Of a stretch of 64,000 nt of DNA, positions 13,178 through 26,743 are shown one piece after another. Position numbers and translations under genes: made by a program. The notes under the pieces are model-generated. The model was not told where the DNA came from. It worked only from the letters and a program-made list of their open reading frames with translations, and did no database searches. Position 1 is the stretch's first letter. Every line of letters begins with the position of its first letter. The stretch lies in contig CAWARO010000001.1 of the NCBI GenBank assembly GCA_963784445.1, forward strand, positions 833,133-897,132, read 5' to 3'. The DNA comes from an uncultured Acidimicrobiia bacterium. Lineage in GTDB: Bacteria; Acidobacteriota; Vicinamibacteria; Vicinamibacterales; UBA2999.

Positions 13178-13345
13178 CCGAGGACACGGAGAAGTATGGA
13201 GCACACGGAGCGTTCTTCAAGAATAGCAGCGAGACCCTCCGGCTGAAGCCGGCCTCTATAGAGACGCTATGGTTTGGCGGCGTTGAGGCGCGTCGCACGG
13301 CACGATGACAACCTCCGTGTCCTCCGTCCTTCTCCGTGTCTTCGG
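13178..13345. repeat. 168-bp element bounded by 33-nt imperfect inverted repeats (MITE-like or structured RNA)
   Basis: Left arm ccgaggacacggagaagtatggagcacacggag (13178-13210). The reverse complement of the right arm (13313-13345) is ccgaagacacggagaaggacggaggacacggag, identical at 29 of 33 positions. A REP-like hairpin ccggctgaagccggcctctatagag lies inside. Confidence 0.6.
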
Positions 13346-13351
13346 CTGGCT

Positions 13352-14677
13352 TTACTTGCCTATGCAGAAACGCTCGAAGATGTGGCGCAGCAGATCGTCG
13401 CTCGTGCGTTTGCCGGTGATCTCCTGCAGCGTCTGCGCGGCCTCCTGCAGATCTAGCAACGGAAATTCTTCCGGCACCTCGCCTTCGAGCGCTGTGACGG
13501 CTCGATCGATCGACGCGCGGGCGCGTTCGAGCAACACGACGTGACGCATGTTCGTGATCTGCGGGCTGTCGCGCAGCGGCTCGCTCGTGTTCAGCGTGGT
13601 CGCGATTGCCTCGATCAATTGCTCGATGCCCTCACCTGTCTTGGCAGAGACATCGATTCCGGAAAACGACATGGCTGACGCTGCCAGGTCGGACTTGTTC
13701 CTGACCACAACACGACGCTGATGCGCCGTCGCCTCCAGCACGCCGCGATCTTCGGCCGACAGCGGCCGCGATCGATCGAGGACGACGATGGCCAGGTCCG
13801 CGATGCGCAAAGTGTCGCGCGCGCGGGAGACGCCTTCTTGTTCCACGACGTCCATCGTGTCGCGCACGCCGGCCGTGTCGACGAGCGACAGTGACAGTCC
13901 GCCGATGTCGGCCCGCTCCGTCAGCAGATCCCGGGTCGTCCCGGGAATCGCGGTGACGATCGCGCGATTCGTATTTAGCAGCGCGTTGAAGAGGCTCGAC
14001 TTGCCAACGTTTGGCGCGCCGACGATGGCCACCTGCGCGCCTTCGCGCACGAGGCGGCCGCGCGACGATTGCGCCAGCAAGCCGTCGATGCGGGCGATGA
14101 TGCCTGCCAATGACGTGCGGGCTTCCCGCGGCGCCACGAAGTGATAGCCCTCGTCCGGGAAATCCAGCGAGGCCTCGAGCTTGGCGATCACGTCGAACAG
14201 ATCCCGCTCGATCTCGCCGATCGTTTTCGTGAGGGTGCCTTCGAGCTGATCGAACGCCGCGCGAGCCTGAAGCGGCGTCACCGCATCGATGAGGTCGGCG
14301 ACGGCCTCGGCCTGAATCAGATCGATCTTGTTGTTGAGAAACGACCGGAGGGTGAACTCGCCCGGCTCCGCCATGCGCGCGCCTGCATCCACCGCGGCCC
14401 GCACGATCGACGCGAGCACCACAGGGCTGCCATGCGCCGAGAGCTCCGCCACGGTCTCGCCGGTGTAGGAATGCGGCCCAGGGAACAGTGTGACGACGAC
14501 TTGATCGTTGGAGGCAAACTTCGCGAAGGTCGCGTGGCGGGGTTCGAACTGCGTGACGCGTCCGGTGAGCTCGCGGGCGATGCGCTCGGCGTCAGGACCG
14601 CTAATGCGGACGACGCCGATTCCGCCTCGCCCGGCGGGAGTCGCAATCGCGACGATCGTGTCGGAGATAGAAAACAC
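13352..14677 (-). CDS. mnmE: tRNA modification GTPase MnmE (TrmE)
   Basis: 441 aa. G1 motif GAPNVGKSS. C-terminal CIGK. Confidence 0.95.
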   Translation of the reverse strand: MFSISDTIVAIATPAGRGGIGVVRISGPDAERIARELTGRVTQFEPRHATFAKFASNDQVVVTLFPGPHSYTGETVAELSAHGSPVVLASIVRAAVDAGARMAEPGEFTLRSFLNNKIDLIQAEAVADLIDAVTPLQARAAFDQLEGTLTKTIGEIERDLFDVIAKLEASLDFPDEGYHFVAPREARTSLAGIIARIDGLLAQSSRGRLVREGAQVAIVGAPNVGKSSLFNALLNTNRAIVTAIPGTTRDLLTERADIGGLSLSLVDTAGVRDTMDVVEQEGVSRARDTLRIADLAIVVLDRSRPLSAEDRGVLEATAHQRRVVVRNKSDLAASAMSFSGIDVSAKTGEGIEQLIEAIATTLNTSEPLRDSPQITNMRHVVLLERARASIDRAVTALEGEVPEEFPLLDLQEAAQTLQEITGKRTSDDLLRHIFERFCIGK

Positions 14678-14815
14678 GCCGGGGGGATGATACGTGCCGG
14701 GGAGACGATCCGCGCCGGGGTTGTTGATTCGGGCTCGGGGACGGATTTCCCCGGCAAGTAATACGTGCCCGGCAAGCAGCCACCTTCCCCGGCAAGAGGT
14801 GCCGCCCCCGGCAGC

Positions 14816-15259
14816 TTACTTAACGGAAATGATTACCGTCTTTTCGAACGCGTCTCCGATGCTCTCGGACGCCACCGACTGTAGTTCCGCCACCGCGAGG
14901 TGCACAATGCGGCGCTCGTAAGGATTGAGCGGGCCAATCTCCTGCGCCAGGCCGGTGTCCTTGGCCTTGCCGCCGAGGAAGAGCGCCATCTGCCGCAGCT
15001 CTTCGTCCTTGCCCTTCCGATATCCCATGCAATCCACCACGAGGCGGCGCCCCTCGGTGGCTTCGTGACGATACACGGCGCCTACGATGTGCTGCAGCGC
15101 GGCGAGCCCTTCGCCCTGGCGGCGGATCAGCACGTTGCCGTCCTCGCCATCCAGATTGATCCGGACGCCGTCCGGCATCTCCTCGGCCGAGGCCTCGAGA
15201 TCAAGGTCCATTGCGTCGACGATCTTCTGCACGAACTCGGTGATGTCTGCGGTCGCCAT
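14816..15259 (-). CDS. Jag/KhpB-like RNA-binding protein (KH plus R3H)
   Basis: 147 aa. R3H-type LNPYERRIVHLAV. Conserved position downstream of yidC. Confidence 0.8.
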   Translation of the reverse strand: MATADITEFVQKIVDAMDLDLEASAEEMPDGVRINLDGEDGNVLIRRQGEGLAALQHIVGAVYRHEATEGRRLVVDCMGYRKGKDEELRQMALFLGGKAKDTGLAQEIGPLNPYERRIVHLAVAELQSVASESIGDAFEKTVIISVK

Positions 15260-15295
15260 AGGGTCTCGGTGCCTAATCGGTGTCTAATCGGTGGC

Positions 15296-17050
15296 CTATT
15301 TAACAGCAGCTTTGGCCGGCTTGCCAATCAAGTAGTTCGTGAAGTACTGCTGGACGATCGTGAACAGCGTGCTGACCAGCCAGTAGAGCACCAGCCCGCT
15401 CGGGAACGAGAACGACATCGCCGCAAACATGAGGGGCATGAACATCATGATCTTCTGCTGCGTCGGGTCGCCGGCCGCCGGCTGGAGCTTGGTCTGCCAG
15501 AACTGCACCGCGCCCATGGCCACCGGCAGGATGTAGTACGGATCCGGCGCTGACAGGTTGGTAATCCACCCCATGAAGTTCGCGCCGCGAATCTCGATGG
15601 CCATCTGCAGCATCGAGTAGAAGGCAATCAGGAACGGCAGGGTCAGGAGCATGGGCACGCAGCCGCTGGCGGGGTTGACGCCCTTCGACTTGTACAGCTC
15701 CATCACCTCGGTGTTCATCTTCTGCCGCTCGGGGTCGGTGACCTTGTACTCAGCGTAGCGCTCCTGGATCGCCTTCATCTGCGGCTGGATTTCCTGCATC
15801 TTCCGCATCGACACCACGCTCTTGTGGCGCAACGGGAACATGGCCAGGTTGATCAGGATAGTGAGGACGACAATCGACCAGCCCCAGTTGCCGACGAATC
15901 CCTGCACCCACTTCAGCGCGCCCAGCAGCGGCACCGCGAGCACAGAGAACATGCCGAAGTTGATGGCGCGCGTCAGCTCTGGATCGATCTCGCGCAGCTC
16001 CTCGAACACCTTCGGGCCGTAAAAGAACTTCGCGTTCACCGGCGGCGCCGCAAACCGCAACGACGTGCTCACGTACTTGCCGATGATCGACGGGTCGCTG
16101 ACCAGCGGCGCGTGTTGCGGCTGATAATCGATGTGCACCGTCCGGGCCGGTTCGTCGTTCAACAGCACGGCGGCGAAGTAGTGATCGTCGACGCCGACGT
16201 ACTTGAACAACCCCTCCTGCGATCCGCTGGCGGTGGGATCCATGCGATCGACATCGCCGTCGCGATAGACAATCGCCTGTGCCGGCAGCGTGTATGCAGG
16301 CGAGAAGAAGGACGAAGGCGGCGTGCGCGCGATGTCGTCGCCGAGACCAGGGCCCCAATGAATCGTCGGATTCAGCTCCTGCTGGCCGGCCAGCACCGTG
16401 GCGCTGAAGTTCACAACGTAACTGGTGGGCTCGAGGGTGAAGGTCTTCCTGACGTTCAAGCCATCCGACGCCGCGGCTTCAAACACCACGCTTTGTGGCG
16501 ACGCGGTGGCGTCAATCTTGTCGGCGACGGGATTGCCGTTCACCGTGACGCGATAGATCGCCTCGTTGAGGCGCGCGCTCGTCGCCGGATCGTCCACGGT
16601 GAGGATGAACGGCGTGATCCGGCTGTCGCCCATGCCCGGGGGCAGGATGCCTTCGCCGGGCACGAGATCGAGCGGCTCGCCGGCGTCGTTGCGGAACTCC
16701 TTCAAGATCCAGTGCACGAGCTTCGCGCCGCGATTCGAAAAAACGGCTCTGACCTTGGTGGTTTCGACCACGATCTCACGGGCTGCGACATCTCCAACGG
16801 TCATCGTTGGTCCCGTTGGTGTGGCATTTCCGGGCTGTTCCGGTGCACGAGGTGCACTGGGTGCACTGGGTGCACTAGGTCCTGGTGCCTGCAGCGCACT
16901 CGGTGCACCCTGTGCACTCTGCGCACCCTGTGCACCTGCAGTCGCGTTCGAAGAAACGCGTGCCGGCTGTGGCGGTGGCATGACGAAACGCTGGAACAAA
17001 AATAAAACAAGAAACGACAGCGTGATTGCTATGAGGACTCGGCGTTCCAT
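15296..17050 (-). CDS. yidC: Membrane protein insertase YidC
   Basis: 584 aa. An N-terminal TM is followed by a large periplasmic domain and a C-terminal 5-TM core (GWSIVVLTILINLAMFPL, CVPMLLTLPFLIAFY). Confidence 0.93.
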   Translation of the reverse strand: MERRVLIAITLSFLVLFLFQRFVMPPPQPARVSSNATAGAQGAQSAQGAPSALQAPGPSAPSAPSAPRAPEQPGNATPTGPTMTVGDVAAREIVVETTKVRAVFSNRGAKLVHWILKEFRNDAGEPLDLVPGEGILPPGMGDSRITPFILTVDDPATSARLNEAIYRVTVNGNPVADKIDATASPQSVVFEAAASDGLNVRKTFTLEPTSYVVNFSATVLAGQQELNPTIHWGPGLGDDIARTPPSSFFSPAYTLPAQAIVYRDGDVDRMDPTASGSQEGLFKYVGVDDHYFAAVLLNDEPARTVHIDYQPQHAPLVSDPSIIGKYVSTSLRFAAPPVNAKFFYGPKVFEELREIDPELTRAINFGMFSVLAVPLLGALKWVQGFVGNWGWSIVVLTILINLAMFPLRHKSVVSMRKMQEIQPQMKAIQERYAEYKVTDPERQKMNTEVMELYKSKGVNPASGCVPMLLTLPFLIAFYSMLQMAIEIRGANFMGWITNLSAPDPYYILPVAMGAVQFWQTKLQPAAGDPTQQKIMMFMPLMFAAMSFSFPSGLVLYWLVSTLFTIVQQYFTNYLIGKPAKAAVK

Positions 17051-17074
17051 CTGGTGATTTCGTGATCTCTTGAT

Positions 17075-17299
17075 CTAGTGATCTTGGGGAAGTGGAACGG
17101 GATCGTAGCCGTGACCGCCGAACGGGTGGCAGCGGCACAGACGCTTGGTGCCGAGCCATCCGCCGCGGACCACACCGTAGCGCGTGATCGATTCCGCCAT
17201 GTAATCGGCACAGCCGGGCGTGTAGCGGCAGCTGCCGGCGAAGAGCGGCGACAGGGTGACTTTATAAAGGCGAATGAGAGCGAGGGCGAAGCTACGCAT
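17075..17299 (-). CDS. yidD: Membrane protein insertion efficiency factor YidD
   Basis: 74 aa. Contains CRYTPGCADYMAESI and CHPFGGHGYDPVP. Confidence 0.85.
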   Translation of the reverse strand: MRSFALALIRLYKVTLSPLFAGSCRYTPGCADYMAESITRYGVVRGGWLGTKRLCRCHPFGGHGYDPVPLPQDH

Positions 17300-17681
17300 T
17301 CACGACCCTGCCTGACTTGGACAGCAGCGTGACGAACTCAGCTTCGAGGCGGTCATACGGCGCGTCAAGAATTTCGCGGCGAGGCACGACGACCACGTCG
17401 AGCGCGCCCGCGGGTTTGTGATGGCGAAACACCTCGCGAACGAGCCGCTTCGCGCGGTTGCGTTCCACCGCGGCGCCCATCTTCCGGGTGGCCGCAATGC
17501 CCAGGCGCGCGACGCCGGCCTCGCGCTCCCTCGTGAACATCGTCATGAGGCGTCCCGATCGCTTGGTTCCTGTCTTGTAGATGAGTTCGAAGTCGGCCCG
17601 CTTGCGGACGTGCTCATCACGGAAAAAGCCAGTGGCCTTGGGGTCTCGAGGACTTGAGGACGTGAGCACCATTCCTATCAA
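17292..17681 (-). CDS. rnpA: RNase P protein component
   Basis: 129 aa basic protein with GIAATRKMGAAVERNRAKRLVRE (RNR motif). Sits between rpmH and yidD. Confidence 0.85.
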   Translation of the reverse strand: MIGMVLTSSSPRDPKATGFFRDEHVRKRADFELIYKTGTKRSGRLMTMFTREREAGVARLGIAATRKMGAAVERNRAKRLVREVFRHHKPAGALDVVVVPRREILDAPYDRLEAEFVTLLSKSGRVVNA

Positions 17682-17716
17682 GCCCTCAGGACCTCACGTC
17701 CTCAGGCCCTCGGTAT

Positions 17717-17881
17717 TTACTTCTCGTCGGAAACGGTGAGGCGCTTCCGCCCCTTGGCGCGCCGGCGCTTCAGCACCTGGCGGCCGTCCTTGGTGGCCAT
17801 GCGCACCAGGAAGCCGTGCCGCTTCGCGCGACGGCTGGTATTGGGTTGAAACGTTCGCTTGCCCTTCTTCGATCTAGCCAT
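17717..17881 (-). CDS. rpmH: 50S ribosomal protein L34
   Basis: Below the ORF-track size cut-off. My translation is [54 protein letters not shown] (54 aa). Confidence 0.9.
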   Translation of the reverse strand: MARSKKGKRTFQPNTSRRAKRHGFLVRMATKDGRQVLKRRRAKGRKRLTVSDEK

Positions 17882-18001
17882 TTTTCTCCTCGGTCGAACT
17901 AACGATTATAGGCCGAATCCCCCCTGCACTCATGGTGGTAAAGTTGCGTTCCCGCCGGCCCGGTGTCGGATTTCGATTCAGGGAACCGGAGGTGCCCGAA
18001 G

Positions 18002-18033
18002 TTTTCCACACCTGTGGAAAACTTTGTGGAAAA
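18002..18033. promoter_or_regulatory. Cluster of three DnaA-box-like 9-mers upstream of dnaA
   Basis: TTTTCCACA at 18002-18010, and TGTGGAAAA at 18013-18021 and 18025-18033. Each has one mismatch to TTATCCACA. Confidence 0.6.
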
Positions 18034-18080
18034 GCCCGCGAATCTATTGATATAACTCCTTATTATTCAGTTGTTTACCT

Positions 18081-19454
18081 GTGATGCTAACCACGACCAT
18101 TTGGGACCAGGTCCTCAGCCGCATCGAAGGGCAGGTGGGCAAACACAGCTTTTCGACCTGGTTCAAACCGACCTCCCTGCTCGCAGACGGGGGGAGCAGC
18201 CTGCGGATCCGGGTTCCGAACCTGTTATTCGTCGAATGGCTCCCCAAGCACTACTCCGTGGTGCTGGCCGAGGCGCTCCGGGACGTGGGCCGCGGGGACG
18301 TGAAGCTGGTGTTCGTGCCGGATGCCTCTGGTGCTTCCGAGGAGGCTCGCGGGCAGTCGATCAGGGCGTCGGCCGCACCGGAATTCGAAGAGGCCGCCGA
18401 ACCCTCCCAGAGTGATGCGCCCGCCGAGCCGCAACGCGCCGGCAGCCTCATCCCCCGCTACACCTTCGACTCATTCATCGTCGGGCCGTCGAACCAGTTT
18501 GCGAATGCGGCGTGTCGCGCGGTGGCGGAAACGCCGTCGCGATCGTACAACCCGCTGTTTATTCACGGCGGCGTCGGATTGGGCAAGACGCACTTGATGC
18601 ACGCGATCGGCCACTACGTGGTGCAACATCACCCCGGCCTTGCGCTGACCTACATCTCGTCCGAGCGATTCATGAACGAGATGATTAACGCGGTGCGCTT
18701 TGATCGCATTCTCGATTTCAGGTCACGGTATCGCAGCGTTGACGTGCTGCTCGTGGATGACATTCAATTCGTTTCGGGCAAGGAAGGCACGCAGAACGAG
18801 TTTTTCCATACCTTCAACGCCCTGCATGACGCGCAGAAGCAGATCGTCATCAGCAGCGACCGTCCTCCCAATGAAATTCCTGCCCTGGAGGAGCGGTTGC
18901 GCTCGCGTTTCGAATGGGGATTGATTGCCGACATCAATCCGCCGGACATCGAGACCAAGGCCGCGATTCTGAAAAAGAAAGCCGAAGGCGAAGCGGTGCC
19001 GTTGCCCGACAACGTGGCGATGTATATGGCCAGCCGCATCAAGACCAACATCCGCGAGCTCGAGGGCTCGCTGATTCGCCTCATCGCGTATGCCTCGCTC
19101 ACGAGCAAGCCGCTCACCATCGAACTCGCACAAGACGTGTTGAAGAACGTGCTCGATCACGATGAGAAGGCGGTCACGATTGAGCAGATTCAGAAATACG
19201 TCGCCGATTACTACCAGTTGAAGCTGACCGAGCTGAAATCGCGCAACAACGCGAAGTCAGTATCGATGCCGCGCCAGGTAGCGATGTACCTGTGCAAATC
19301 GCTCACGCATGCATCGTTGCCGGAGATTGGCCGCAGTTTCGGCGGCAAACATCATTCGACGGTGATTCATTCCATCAAGAAGGTCGAAGAGATGCGGAAA
19401 AAGAGCGGCGACTTCGACAAACAGGTCAATAACCTGATGGATTCGTTCAAGTAG
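18081..19454 (+). CDS. dnaA: Chromosomal replication initiator DnaA
   Basis: 457 aa. AAA+ Walker A GGVGLGKTHLM. C-terminal DNA-binding domain (HSTVIHSIKKVE). Start is GTG at 18081 or ATG at 18084. Confidence 0.97.
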   Translation: MMLTTTIWDQVLSRIEGQVGKHSFSTWFKPTSLLADGGSSLRIRVPNLLFVEWLPKHYSVVLAEALRDVGRGDVKLVFVPDASGASEEARGQSIRASAAPEFEEAAEPSQSDAPAEPQRAGSLIPRYTFDSFIVGPSNQFANAACRAVAETPSRSYNPLFIHGGVGLGKTHLMHAIGHYVVQHHPGLALTYISSERFMNEMINAVRFDRILDFRSRYRSVDVLLVDDIQFVSGKEGTQNEFFHTFNALHDAQKQIVISSDRPPNEIPALEERLRSRFEWGLIADINPPDIETKAAILKKKAEGEAVPLPDNVAMYMASRIKTNIRELEGSLIRLIAYASLTSKPLTIELAQDVLKNVLDHDEKAVTIEQIQKYVADYYQLKLTELKSRNNAKSVSMPRQVAMYLCKSLTHASLPEIGRSFGGKHHSTVIHSIKKVEEMRKKSGDFDKQVNNLMDSFK

Positions 19455-19462
19455 CAATCAGG

Positions 19463-19497
19463 AATCAGGAATCAGGAAAGCGGCCTGATTCCTGATT
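19463..19497 (+). terminator. Perfect 14-bp hairpin after dnaA (AATCAGGAATCAGG / CCTGATTCCTGATT)
   Basis: The stem spans 19463-19476 and 19484-19497 with loop aaagcgg. No U-tract follows immediately, so terminator function is uncertain. Confidence 0.4.
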
Positions 19498-19499
19498 AC

Positions 19500-19739
19500 T
19501 GGTTGCTGATTCCCGTTTTGCACAGGCCGGTTGTGCATGAATTGCGCGCCCTGCGGATGGGGCGAAAGACCCCTCGAATCGCGTCCAAAGACACACCGGT
19601 TACCCACAGAAAAATGCACAGTTTAAATAGTTGATTTTAAAGGCTTTATTCTTGATGGAAATTTCGTAAACAGGACCTATTTCCTGTATACTTTTATATC
19701 TTCGCCTTTTACTCAAATCTCAGAGGTTAAGCAGGGCTT
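19500..19739. other. Candidate oriC / DNA-unwinding region in the dnaA-dnaN spacer
   Basis: DnaA-box-like TTTTGCACA (19516-19524) and TTACCCACA (19600-19608). A conspicuously AT-rich stretch of about 130 bp (19610-19739) sits in an otherwise GC-rich window. Confidence 0.5.
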
Positions 19740-23419
<3,680 letters not shown>

Positions 23420-23461
23420 CGATCTCTTGATCTTGTGATCTGGTGATTTAAAAAACGCTGC

Positions 23462-25960
<2,499 letters not shown>

Positions 25961-25963
<3 letters not shown>

Positions 25964-25990
25964 GGGCGGGACTGTAGTCCCGCCCGCCAG
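25961..25990. repeat. REP-like hairpin GGGCGGGAC-tgta-GTCCCGCCC
   Basis: Perfect GC-rich hairpin directly after the gyrA stop. Member of the family also seen at 26689, 49317 and 63779. Confidence 0.7.
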
Positions 25991-25998
25991 GAGGACGA

Positions 25999-26694
25999 AT
26001 GAAAAGGATCGCCGCCGCAATCTCGCTCATTCCCGCGACCATGATGGTTGTGAGTTGCTCGCGTCCGCCCGAGCAGCAGTTTCTGACCCAGTTCTTCAGA
26101 GCTGCGCGTGGGCGAGACAACACCACGGTGGGCCGCATGTCGGCGGTGGAGATCGATCCGCGAACGCAGGGCTCGGTCGATGATTTCGAAATCACGAGCA
26201 TCAGCGAAGAGAAGCGCGCGCCGCTGTCGTTCAAGCCGCTGTTCGAGGCGGAGGCAAAGGCCCGCGAGGAAGAGAAGGCGTTCCTCGCCACGAAGATCGA
26301 GTATCAGAACGCGAACATCAAGTCGATCGAAGAGGTGCTGAAGCTCGAGGCTCAACCGGACGCGAAGTGGCCGCCGGCGCTGCAGAAGACAAAAGCGGAA
26401 TGGGACAAGTGGCGTGAAGGCATCGCCGCCCATGCGCGCGCGACCTCATCGGCCACCGCGGCAATCAAGTCGTCCACCGGCCTCGCGGAAGCGTCGTTGA
26501 CGCAGCCAGGGCAGCCACCGCTCGACGCGCGGACGTTCCAAGGCGAGACGATCAGCAAGGACGTGGTGGTGAACGCCGACGTGCGCTCGCCGGATGGGCA
26601 GACGTCGCAGAAGACCCTGACCATCACCATCGCGCGCGTGGCCGGCGGCGGCCGCGAGGGCCGGCCGATCATCACGAAAATTACCGGGCTGTAG
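25999..26694 (+). CDS. Hypothetical lipoprotein
   Basis: 231 aa. Lipobox-like MMVVSC. I recognise no family. Confidence 0.55.
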   Translation: MKRIAAAISLIPATMMVVSCSRPPEQQFLTQFFRAARGRDNTTVGRMSAVEIDPRTQGSVDDFEITSISEEKRAPLSFKPLFEAEAKAREEEKAFLATKIEYQNANIKSIEEVLKLEAQPDAKWPPALQKTKAEWDKWREGIAAHARATSSATAAIKSSTGLAEASLTQPGQPPLDARTFQGETISKDVVVNADVRSPDGQTSQKTLTITIARVAGGGREGRPIITKITGL

Positions 26695-26743
26695 GGGCAC
26701 GTGGGGCCGGGTCTTCAGACCCGCCTCTACGTACCGGTAGGCG
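26689..26743. repeat. REP-like element (GGCCGGGTCttcaGACCCGCC plus CTCTACGTACC flank)
   Basis: Hairpin plus the shared CTACGTAC flank, lying between convergent genes. Confidence 0.7.
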
